Below, in pieces: positions 19,797-28,143 of a stretch of 46,539 bases of DNA. This DNA is from a virus. Its lineage: Duplodnaviria > Caudoviricetes. The notes beneath the pieces are model-generated. The model saw nothing but the letters and a program-made list of their open reading frames with translations, was not told the DNA's origin and searched no databases. Positions within the stretch are counted from its first letter, which is position 1. Each line of letters opens with the position of its first letter. The stretch is from IMG/VR virus record IMGVR_UViG_3300044233_005065, positions 1 to 46,539 of that record; one strand, given 5' to 3'. The position numbers were made by a program, and so were the translations under genes.

Positions 19797-20779
19797 GATA
19801 AATCCTTAATTGACTGTATAATAAAATCCAAGTCGGCTTCTTCTAGAGACGGATTAAAGGGTATACTTAATGTAGACGCGCATTTTTCTTCTGTCTTAGG
19901 CATTCTGTTTGGTATTGCCATTCTATAGAAAGGGTAATAATGCGCTGGAGCATAATGAACGCCTGACTGTATCCCCTTTTCCGCTAAAGCCAATCTAATT
20001 TCTTGCCTACGATTTGGGTCAACGTCTATTGCGTATATACTAAAGCTGGTATTTTTAATGCCAAAAGCAGAGTTGTATTTCTCTAATACGCTTTCCATCT
20101 TTTTATTTCTGTCGTCCATAGCTCGCAAATTTTGCAATCCAACATAACACTGCTCCGCACTAGCGTGCATCTGCCACCCTGGGAAAACTAGTTCTCTGGA
20201 GTCTTTCTTTGTTTCAGCACCAAAATTAAAAGCGGTGCGAAAATAGGTTGCTTTTTCTTTATCACTTGTAACAAGTACGCCACCATCAATTCCCCACATT
20301 GGGGTGTTTGGATACATGCTATAGACTATAACATCTGTATCGTCGCAGTCTTGTTTGAATTGATTTCTTTCTATTTTATGGGTAGAGTCTATAAATCTAA
20401 AAGAGGAGTAATCCTTTTTTATTCTAAAGATTGCTCCAGCGCTATCGTATATTACCAAAGAGTCTCCAATATGGTCTGTTTTATCAATCCACATTGCGGG
20501 CATTCCGGAGTTGTGAATAATATTTGCTATTCCTGGAGATATCATACTCGGAAGACAAACAGGGTATATTTTGCATGCTTCCTCTGGCAAATTCTGTCTA
20601 ATTCCCATGAGTATTATTTGTAAAATACAGCTATAATTAATAGCACTTACAGCATATTTTGCACCAACGTAATCTGCAATCTCTTTTTCAAAATCTACAA
20701 CTGTAGAATCAGAGACAGAAGATGTGTCTATATTGTAATTGTTTTTATTGTATAACGTATATTTATATTGTTGTGACAT
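19793..20779 (-). CDS. DegT/DnrJ/EryC1/StrS-family aminotransferase-like protein lacking the catalytic lysine
   Basis: FEKEIADYVGAKYAVS, IDSTH, DGGVLVT, GIQSGVHY, LSIPFNPSL; the usual SF(Y/H)PTK motif reads SMYPNT. Confidence 0.8.
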   Translation of the reverse strand: MSQQYKYTLYNKNNYNIDTSSVSDSTVVDFEKEIADYVGAKYAVSAINYSCILQIILMGIRQNLPEEACKIYPVCLPSMISPGIANIIHNSGMPAMWIDKTDHIGDSLVIYDSAGAIFRIKKDYSSFRFIDSTHKIERNQFKQDCDDTDVIVYSMYPNTPMWGIDGGVLVTSDKEKATYFRTAFNFGAETKKDSRELVFPGWQMHASAEQCYVGLQNLRAMDDRNKKMESVLEKYNSAFGIKNTSFSIYAIDVDPNRRQEIRLALAEKGIQSGVHYAPAHYYPFYRMAIPNRMPKTEEKCASTLSIPFNPSLEEADLDFIIQSIKDLS

Positions 20780-21764
20780 TTTTTAAATACCATCCTACAG
20801 TTTCTATAAGTCCTTCTTCAAGTGATATTTGTGGTTTAAACCCAAGTTCTTTTTTCGCTTTTGCAATATTCAAGCATCTCCTCGGTTGTCCATCAGGTTT
20901 AGACTTATCATATACAACCTGACCCTTGTGCCCCATTATATCTCTAAGCATATGAACAAGGTCGCATATTCTTACTTCGTTGTATGTTCCTATGTTTATA
21001 GGTTCATCAGAGCTGTATGAAGATTCCATCGCTAAAATAATTCCTCTGGCACAGTCTTCCGCATGCAAAAACTCCCTAGTCGCATTTCCGCTTCCCCATA
21101 TCTCAAGACTTCCCCGCTCTCCGGCTTCGTGTATTTTTTTAATTAGAGCAGGTATGACATGGGAGCTTTCTGGCTTGAAGTTATCGTGTGGGCCATACAT
21201 ATTTACAGGAATAACTGTGATGCCATTTAGCCCATATTGCTCTCGATATGCCGACAGCATTACGCTTAAAGTCTTCTTAGCTATTCCGTATGGAGCGTTG
21301 GTTTCTTCTGGGTATCCCTCCCATATAGCGTATTCTTCAAACGGCACCCTTGCATACTTTGGGTATGAGCAAACTGTTCCAACTAGGATAAATTTTTCCA
21401 GATTTATTGGTCTGTAAGTAGAGCTCTTGCACGCTTCGATAATGTTTATCCCCATTACTAAATTGTCATGTATGAATGTTGCGGGATTTTCTTTATTTGC
21501 ACCAATCCCACCGACAACAGCAGCAAGATGTATGACTACATCGGGATTTACAAATTTAACCAGTGCTGCGGCGGAGGTTTTACATCTTAAATCACAATGG
21601 TGAATATTTGTTTTGGCATCAATGTAGTAATGATTTTGTGTTTTATTGCTAGCACACTCAATAATATTTTCATATCCCTGTTTTTTAAGCTCTGCGCAGA
21701 CATGCTTTCCTAAGAAACCTCTGGCACCAGTTACTAATATTTTAGAGTCTTTATTCATTTTCAA
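20763..21764 (-). CDS. fcl: GDP-L-fucose synthase (GDP-4-keto-6-deoxymannose epimerase/reductase)
   Basis: VTGARGFLG, HLAAVVGGIGAN, GTVCSYP, YGIAK, NMYGPHDNF, SSHVIPALI, WGSGNATREFL, KPDGQPRR. Confidence 0.92.
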   Translation of the reverse strand: MKMNKDSKILVTGARGFLGKHVCAELKKQGYENIIECASNKTQNHYYIDAKTNIHHCDLRCKTSAAALVKFVNPDVVIHLAAVVGGIGANKENPATFIHDNLVMGINIIEACKSSTYRPINLEKFILVGTVCSYPKYARVPFEEYAIWEGYPEETNAPYGIAKKTLSVMLSAYREQYGLNGITVIPVNMYGPHDNFKPESSHVIPALIKKIHEAGERGSLEIWGSGNATREFLHAEDCARGIILAMESSYSSDEPINIGTYNEVRICDLVHMLRDIMGHKGQVVYDKSKPDGQPRRCLNIAKAKKELGFKPQISLEEGLIETVGWYLKNVTTI

Positions 21765-22740
21765 AACTTCCTATTATTTGCTCTACTCTATTCTTGTATG
21801 TGTGATTTTTTATTACGTTGTTATAGCATTCTTCTACATGGTTAGTTCTAAGGTTTGGGTCATTTAATACGTCTTTAATCAAAGAGTGGTATTCTTCCGG
21901 TCCTTCGGCAACAACCACTTCGCCATTTGTAAATATGTCTTCAGTCAACGAGGCTATTGGGTCAGATATAAAAAACGCCTTAGACGCAGCTAGCTTGAAA
22001 ACTCTTTCGTTTACCTCAAAACCAAAAACATTTGCATGAGGTTCGCTGACGTTAGGGCATATAGTGGCAGATTTGAAAAGATTTGAGGTTGTTTCGTTAT
22101 TGCATTTACCCATATATTGAGGAACAGGCCAAGGCTGGTTTCCAAATATTTTTATATTGTATTTACCTATGGGGTAGCATAGAGGTATTATATATTTGTC
22201 TAGGTTTTGCCCCTTGTAAGGCCAATAACCGCCAACAAAACCCAAGTCGCATTTTAGTCTATGGTCAAACTCTCCGGCGAGACATTCATATACATCTGCT
22301 GCAGGAAGGAGTCCGATTGTTTTTGCCAAATTTTCCCAAGACTTCATCAGATAGTCTTTTCTGTTTGGGTGAACATAATTAAACAAGACGAGTTTTTTAA
22401 CAGCATCGGACACCTGCTCGACATTTCTGATTTCTTCGTCGGTGTTTAGTAGTATGGGGTATTTTTCTGTATCAACATCTTGGCAAACTGGACCCCAACA
22501 GCCAACCTTAATCAAGACCTTCATGTCTGGACGAAGTTTGATGCATTTGATTGTCGCCCTATCAAGGTTGTATCCTTGACCTATAAACATGTCTGGCTCC
22601 ACAACGTTGAACATGTCAAAAGCAGGTGTGGTTTCGGAGTTCCAGAAATAGCACTCATGACCCTCAGCGTTAAAGGCTCTAAGGATTCCAGTGTAAATAT
22701 AGTGCGAAGCGTTATGTTCGTGTCTTATGAGTATTTTCAT
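21751..22740 (-). CDS. CgeB/DUF3880-like glycosyltransferase (GT-B C-terminal Glyco_trans_1_2-type domain)
   Basis: DLGFVGGY, KIFGNQPW, ICPNVSE, VNERVFKLAA, HTYKNRVEQI. Confidence 0.8.
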   Translation of the reverse strand: MKILIRHEHNASHYIYTGILRAFNAEGHECYFWNSETTPAFDMFNVVEPDMFIGQGYNLDRATIKCIKLRPDMKVLIKVGCWGPVCQDVDTEKYPILLNTDEEIRNVEQVSDAVKKLVLFNYVHPNRKDYLMKSWENLAKTIGLLPAADVYECLAGEFDHRLKCDLGFVGGYWPYKGQNLDKYIIPLCYPIGKYNIKIFGNQPWPVPQYMGKCNNETTSNLFKSATICPNVSEPHANVFGFEVNERVFKLAASKAFFISDPIASLTEDIFTNGEVVVAEGPEEYHSLIKDVLNDPNLRTNHVEECYNNVIKNHTYKNRVEQIIGSFENE

Positions 22741-23051
22741 TTATCTTTTTTCTCTATAGCGTCATAATACCATGAGCCGTCAGAAGCAAACACGCTAGCG
22801 CTTACAACCTTAGATGAATTAAACGACATCGGAGCTCCGTTTTTGTCAGAATATAAAAATAACATAGACTTTCTTTTCTCTATAACGTTGTCTAGCGTAG
22901 CTTTTGTTCTCCTTATGAAAGCTATTCCTCCAGTTACAAAAATTCCCCTGCTTTTCGGTCCAGACACGACTATCTCAAAAACAGTCTCCTCTGTTTCCAC
23001 TATAATCTTTGTGTGTCTTTTTAGCTTGCTAATATCTATAATGCTTCTCAT
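22737..23051 (-). CDS. Hypothetical protein, 104 aa, probably on a leaderless transcript
   Basis: ORF with ATGA overlap to the next gene; the ATG lies 5 nt after a TACAAT -10 box and has no RBS. Confidence 0.75.
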   Translation of the reverse strand: MRSIIDISKLKRHTKIIVETEETVFEIVVSGPKSRGIFVTGGIAFIRRTKATLDNVIEKRKSMLFLYSDKNGAPMSFNSSKVVSASVFASDGSWYYDAIEKKDK

Positions 23052-23056
23052 ATATT

Positions 23057-23086
23057 ATTGTACCACCTAAACCAGTTGAATGTCAA
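23057..23086 (-). promoter_or_regulatory. Sigma70-type promoter TTGACA-N18-TACAAT with TG-extended -10
   Basis: Minus strand reads TTGACA ttcaactggtttaggtgg TACAAT aatat ATG. Confidence 0.8.
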
Positions 23087-23088
23087 CT

Positions 23089-23802
23089 TTACTTGATTTT
23101 GTCTAAATCTTTTATTGAGTCTATTTCAACAATGCTCATTTTTTTAGGGAAAACAACGGAAATCTGTCCGCCCTGTTTTATTATGTAGTTTAAAGCCTCG
23201 TAACCAAGCCATTGTTTGGTTTCTTTCTTGAACGATATATACTGAAAAATGTCGAGTTCTTTGCCGCTTAAATAAACTATCTGGCACCATTTGGTGTCAA
23301 GTCCAAAAGAAAAATTTGTAACTTTATCGTTGTGGCTAGCTATGCCTACTTCGCTTTTTTTTAAAAATCCAGAGTTTTCAGCCACTATTTTTGATTTTCC
23401 CCGTAATTTGTTTACTGTGTGTTGATTAAAAACTAAATCTCCGTAAACAACTAAAACCTCCTTGCTTGTGACGGCGTTCATTGCCAAACCAATGCTATAC
23501 AAGACGCTAGTTGAATCGTAAAGGTGGTTGTATATTATTCTGACTGGGTATTTAGAAAGCTTTTCTATAATCCTTTCAGCGTCAAATCCAACAACCACGA
23601 ATATTTCTGCCGAAGGGTATTCTTTCCATAATGTCTTTATCTGTTTCTCTATTAGAGTTGTGTTTTTTGAAACCTCTATCATTGCCTTTGGGCCGTAAGA
23701 CTTCATCCTGTGTCCTACTCCTGCCGCAGGAATAATTATGCTAAGACCTTCAGAGTTACTGGGGGTCTTAATTGTTGTGACGTTTTTTACTGCTGCTCTC
23801 AT
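23089..23802 (-). CDS. NTP-transferase (LicC/sugar-phosphate nucleotidyltransferase-like)
   Basis: IIIPAAGVGHRMKSYGPK, VVVGF, VVYGDLVF, EIDSIKDL. Confidence 0.85.
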   Translation of the reverse strand: MRAAVKNVTTIKTPSNSEGLSIIIPAAGVGHRMKSYGPKAMIEVSKNTTLIEKQIKTLWKEYPSAEIFVVVGFDAERIIEKLSKYPVRIIYNHLYDSTSVLYSIGLAMNAVTSKEVLVVYGDLVFNQHTVNKLRGKSKIVAENSGFLKKSEVGIASHNDKVTNFSFGLDTKWCQIVYLSGKELDIFQYISFKKETKQWLGYEALNYIIKQGGQISVVFPKKMSIVEIDSIKDLDKIK

Positions 23803-24523
23803 TTTTCCTTTGATTTATTCTTTGTCTAATTTTTTCCCAGTTTTCATTCCAAACTTCTTTACTAACAGTGTCTGAAGAATTTTTGCCGGTGACACTATAC
23901 ACATGCAACGTTTCGGGTATATGAACTGCAACGAATCCTTCCGTTATTCTTAGCCATAAATCCCAGTCCTCGCAGGTACGCATCCCCTCATCATATCCTC
24001 CAGAATAAGCCAGAGCCTCTTTGCTAATTAAGGGGGTATTCGATATTATACATTCTTGCTCTATTCTCTCCCTGGTGTAAGGCTCTCTGAATTCATGAAT
24101 TTCCGTGCCTGTATTTATATTTCTAATAATTGCGTCTGTATATACTATGCCTATATGCTTTTTATCTTCGCAAAATTTGTTTACAGATTTTGAAACCTTG
24201 CTTTCTAAATACCTGTCGTCCGCATCAAGCATCATAAAAACATCTGATTTATCCCACATATGCTCTATAGCTTTGTTTCTGGCGGCAGACGGACCCTTTG
24301 CTATTTCGTTCCTTAAATAAAAAACTTCTTTGCCGCTAATAGCTTCGCTCACATTGTCTGTAGAGCCATCGTCCATCACGACTATATTAATGGGCTCATA
24401 ATCTTGAGACAACACACTATCTATTGCGCCAACAATCATGTCAGCGTGGTTGTGGCAAGGTATAACTACTGTTACTCGAAGTTCTTTACCACTTCCGATA
24501 TTTTCTTGAGAATTTCCGGACAT
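23768..24523 (-). CDS. Glycosyltransferase family 2 (GT-A)
   Basis: VTVVIPCHN, VMDDGSTD, GPSAARN, LDADD, EDWDLWLR. Confidence 0.92.
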   Translation of the reverse strand: MSGNSQENIGSGKELRVTVVIPCHNHADMIVGAIDSVLSQDYEPINIVVMDDGSTDNVSEAISGKEVFYLRNEIAKGPSAARNKAIEHMWDKSDVFMMLDADDRYLESKVSKSVNKFCEDKKHIGIVYTDAIIRNINTGTEIHEFREPYTRERIEQECIISNTPLISKEALAYSGGYDEGMRTCEDWDLWLRITEGFVAVHIPETLHVYSVTGKNSSDTVSKEVWNENWEKIRQRINQRKNESSSKKRHNN

Positions 24524-25476
24524 TCTTGGTCTTTCGTAAGTTGGTCTATTTTGTCTAAGATATAACCGCCTTTGTTTCCTGATAGATGTTTGTGTATGAG
24601 ATTTTGCACAAGCATTCCAGGACTAATATCGTCATCTCCCCTAAGAGCTATCAGTCTATTCAAATCAACATTAATGTAATTATTTATGTCGCTTAAATAA
24701 TTTTTAGGCACAGAATTTCCAGCGAAAAAGAATGACCAGTATCCTGCCTTACTCTCCTTAGCTGAAAGGTCAATGTGTCTTTTTATAAAAGAGAGCCTAA
24801 ACTGTTCAGGCGGAAGTGATTTCTCTTTTCCTGCGGTTTCAAGTTTAGCGAGTTCTTCAGCATCCTGATATGGTATATACTCCATGTTCCAAGGGGTTCT
24901 TGTTTCCTGGGGTATTTCAGGGTCATTGTACATCTCTACAATTTTTTTCCTGAATATATTAACAAACTCAGTTGGCATTATGCATGGATTTATTATAGAA
25001 ACATTTTTTGGCTGAATATCGCTTAATTCTATGCTCCTGTAAGTCTTTATAACTGAAGATACAATCTCCTCAACCTCTTTTTTGTCTGTTATCGCTTTAG
25101 TCTCATCAATATAGATAATCAGCGTACAAGACACTTCGATTTCTTTTTTGGCTTTAGCTAAAAGGTCTTCGACACCCATGTGTTCCATAATCGCCTTCCA
25201 TCGAACACTTCTTAAAAGATTGCACGCCCTTTCATTTACTGCTTTATAATTTAGCGCCTCGCCGCTATCATCATCATCTTCTGTCTCCAGCCTGATACTA
25301 AGTAACTCTGCGCCAGCTTCCTTGAACTTAGATAGCCTTCCAGCAGAGCAGTAGTCGTCCAGATTTGTATTGTCGTCAGGCTGAGGCTTGGCGAAAACAC
25401 ATCCGTTGCAACAGGTCTGTATTATTTTGTCATTTTGAGCCTGTTCGTTCGCTTCATTTTCAGTTATTATATTCAT
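24472..25476 (-). CDS. Hypothetical protein, 334 aa, with an N-terminal Cys cluster (CCNGCVF...YCSAGR...AC)
   Basis: Long ORF coupled within the glycosylation cluster; no family recognised. Confidence 0.75.
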   Translation of the reverse strand: MNIITENEANEQAQNDKIIQTCCNGCVFAKPQPDDNTNLDDYCSAGRLSKFKEAGAELLSIRLETEDDDDSGEALNYKAVNERACNLLRSVRWKAIMEHMGVEDLLAKAKKEIEVSCTLIIYIDETKAITDKKEVEEIVSSVIKTYRSIELSDIQPKNVSIINPCIMPTEFVNIFRKKIVEMYNDPEIPQETRTPWNMEYIPYQDAEELAKLETAGKEKSLPPEQFRLSFIKRHIDLSAKESKAGYWSFFFAGNSVPKNYLSDINNYINVDLNRLIALRGDDDISPGMLVQNLIHKHLSGNKGGYILDKIDQLTKDQECPEILKKISEVVKNFE

Positions 25477-25958
25477 ATCGTTCTCTGCGCCTCCACAAAC
25501 ATTCTGTAATTTGTTATGTCTTTTTTAACTATTCCTAAGCCGTGCGTAAACTCTAGATATTCAGACAAGTCATAGGCGGAAAAAGACGCCCTCTTGATAA
25601 GGTACGGCTGGTCTTGCTCGCCATGTATTAAAAGGTTTGCAGACGCTATGTCTAGTGAGTAGTCAGATATAGATTTAGACACTACAAAAATATCAATTCC
25701 GCCTATAACAATCCTACCTCCAATAGCGAGCTTTGAAATCCAGTTGGATAATGCGTCTGCTGTTTTTGTTGTTGGGATGTAGTCAATAACGTCCATGGCT
25801 ATAATTTCATCTGCCTCTGCGTCGTCAACGTACTTGTCTATATTAGTCAAATCTCCCCGAACAAGCAGGCCTTCCTCTGTTTTCTTTGTGAAGGGGTTTA
25901 TGTTCAAATGTGTATCTAGTACATCCCCCTCTCCATGAATTAAATTTACTTTAGTCAT
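25473..25958 (-). CDS. Degenerate class I SAM-methyltransferase-like protein
   Basis: KVNLIHGEG...LNIN...GDLTN...ADEIIAMDVIDYIP...WISKLAIGGRIVI follows the type-11 MTase pattern but lacks LGCG and HxLEH. Start placed at the ATGA overlap (25958). Confidence 0.65.
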   Translation of the reverse strand: MTKVNLIHGEGDVLDTHLNINPFTKKTEEGLLVRGDLTNIDKYVDDAEADEIIAMDVIDYIPTTKTADALSNWISKLAIGGRIVIGGIDIFVVSKSISDYSLDIASANLLIHGEQDQPYLIKRASFSAYDLSEYLEFTHGLGIVKKDITNYRMFVEAQRTI

Positions 25959-26974
25959 CTTTGCTCCAGACAAGAAAAAAATATGTTATTCCAATTAGAC
26001 ACAAAATCTTCTATTGAAAAGTTGTTTAGTATTGTATCTCTGGCGTGCTTGCCCATTTCCTCTGCAACCTCATCGTTATTTAGCAACAATTCCGCATACA
26101 TTTTAAGCTCAAGAGGTACGTTTGATATGTATCCGTTTTTGCCGTTTTCTATTATTTCTGGAATCATGCAATTAGAGGTTGATACTACAGCACATCCGCA
26201 TGACATCGCTTCAAGTAGAGAGGTTGGTATTGGTGAAACCACAGAAGTGTTCATGAATACTTTGCTTTTTCTATATTCTTCAACAAGCTGTTTTGTTGAG
26301 CTGGCCGGTTTAGATAATCCAGGCGTATCACCTATTACATGCACTGGAATTGTTGTGTCGGGATATCCTGTTATGAGCTTCCATAGACTAAAACCGCAGC
26401 ACCAGTCCCTATTTATCCAGTCATTAACAACAGACAGCACCCTCTCTTCTCTTTGGACGTTAGATGGAGAGAATAGGTTAGTGTCAATGCCGTGATGCAC
26501 TATCATGGCCTCGCCTTCTTTCCAGCCCCACAAATCCCGACTGTATTCTGAGATAAACACATTTATATCTCCCCGCATTTCCTTCAACATCGCTACTTGT
26601 GATTTGTCCCATGAGGTATGCGGTAGTGTGTGCTCTAAGCTAATTAATGGAACATTTAGGGCTTCCGCAAGTTTAGATGCGATTTCAAACTGCCCGAATT
26701 TGTTTTGACTTAATACTATGTCTATGTCCAGGTTTAATGGTAGTTGTTCATCGCCTTTCCCCTCATTAAGCAGGGTTGTGTTTTGTGGTACTGGGCCATA
26801 GTCCTTGACCCAAGGCTTAATCACTCCTGGTTTCTGCCACAGATAAAAATTGTGTCCGGTAAGAGCCAAATTGGTTTGATATCTTTCGTGCGTTGGGAAA
26901 GTAAGGATATTTAATGGCTCTTCGGGGTGCCTAGTTGCATCTCTTAGTATCTTCTTCATATGAAAAACACTCAT
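25955..26974 (-). CDS. Glycosyltransferase family 4 (GT-B)
   Basis: VFISEYS, VHHGID, FMNTS, LLEAMSCGCAVVST, IIENGKNG. Confidence 0.9.
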   Translation of the reverse strand: MSVFHMKKILRDATRHPEEPLNILTFPTHERYQTNLALTGHNFYLWQKPGVIKPWVKDYGPVPQNTTLLNEGKGDEQLPLNLDIDIVLSQNKFGQFEIASKLAEALNVPLISLEHTLPHTSWDKSQVAMLKEMRGDINVFISEYSRDLWGWKEGEAMIVHHGIDTNLFSPSNVQREERVLSVVNDWINRDWCCGFSLWKLITGYPDTTIPVHVIGDTPGLSKPASSTKQLVEEYRKSKVFMNTSVVSPIPTSLLEAMSCGCAVVSTSNCMIPEIIENGKNGYISNVPLELKMYAELLLNNDEVAEEMGKHARDTILNNFSIEDFVSNWNNIFFSCLEQR

Positions 26975-28143
26975 TAAATAATATCCCCCATCAAGCTGCC
27001 CTTACGCTCTGCTTTAAAAGGCTCGACGTTATCTAGAAGTATTTTCTTCATCGTATTTCCAACACTAGCGTATGAATAATCATAGGACTTTTTCCTGCCT
27101 TCATCCGCCATTTTTACTCTAGACTCTTTGTTTTCAAAAGCGTCTCTCATGCATTCTCTGAGATGCCTTATACTGGGTGTGTCCCAATTTTCTGCGCCTG
27201 TATATATATAATCGAAAGTGTCCATCACGCCAAAACACGGTTCTTGAGAAGAGTCAACCAAATACCCTGCTCCCGATAGATAGTCTCTAGGGCCTCCTGT
27301 ATCTGTGCATATTGGAGTGTTTCCCATAGCCATTGCTTCAAAAGTCGGTATACTCCAGGCTTCGCCAAAAGAGGCAGAAACATGGCAATCACAAGTCTGA
27401 TGTATCCTCATGATTTGTTCGTCTGTCAAATAGTCGCATATGAAAATTTCTTTCTTGTAGTCAGCGCTTTTTCTGTAAAGCTTTAGGCCCTTTTTCACCG
27501 CCTCGCATATATTTTGCAGGGACTTTACCGATTCTTTTTCGCTTAATCCAGGTGAGTGAGATTTTATTAAAAGAGAAACCGGCTCATGTTTTTTAAACTC
27601 CAAGTGAAAGGCCTTGAGTATCGACCCTAAATTTTTTCTCTTTGTGTTTTCGCCAATATAATAGAAAACAAAAGTGTCTTTTGTCTGAGGTATTTCTAGT
27701 GGCTCGTATTCTGTTTGATACTTAGCCATATCAAAAGCATGCGGCACTACATAGTGAGGGGTGAATATATTACTGTTTTTCGCCTGCTCGGCTGCCATGT
27801 ACGTATTCGGAACCCACGCCTCATCCATTAAGTTTATTTTTTCAGGCCACAAAGAAGTATTACAGTTGCTGGTTTCTGTTACGTATAGAGATATGTTTTT
27901 ATCGAACTCTCCCCTAAAATAAGAGTGGTGTGGAAGCACATGCTGTATAACTACATCACAGTTCTTTGAGTCGTTACCCTCTAATTCTTTTATTCTTTCT
28001 GGTACATCTATTTCCCTGTTGTTTAATTTCATAAACCTTGGAACAACCTCAACTCCAGCCTTATCTAGGGCTAAGATGTACCCTTGAGCAGCATTGCCCC
28101 ATCCTGTTCCGTCTTTGTAGCATCCTACGTAAAGGGCTTTCAT
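26974..28143 (-). CDS. Glycosyltransferase family 4 (GT-B)
   Basis: Start placed at the ATGA overlap (MKALYVG); VVPHAFD, RKNLGSILKAF, GEAWSIPTFEAMAMGNTPICT. Confidence 0.9.
   Translation of the reverse strand: MKALYVGCYKDGTGWGNAAQGYILALDKAGVEVVPRFMKLNNREIDVPERIKELEGNDSKNCDVVIQHVLPHHSYFRGEFDKNISLYVTETSNCNTSLWPEKINLMDEAWVPNTYMAAEQAKNSNIFTPHYVVPHAFDMAKYQTEYEPLEIPQTKDTFVFYYIGENTKRKNLGSILKAFHLEFKKHEPVSLLIKSHSPGLSEKESVKSLQNICEAVKKGLKLYRKSADYKKEIFICDYLTDEQIMRIHQTCDCHVSASFGEAWSIPTFEAMAMGNTPICTDTGGPRDYLSGAGYLVDSSQEPCFGVMDTFDYIYTGAENWDTPSIRHLRECMRDAFENKESRVKMADEGRKKSYDYSYASVGNTMKKILLDNVEPFKAERKGSLMGDII

Noticed and set aside
25983-26495. Long antisense/alternate-frame ORFs (e.g. 25983..26495 +, 20980..21417 +, 14337..14804 +, 916..1326 -)
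   Set aside because: They lie wholly within well-supported genes and show no recognisable motifs; they are consistent with shadow ORFs.
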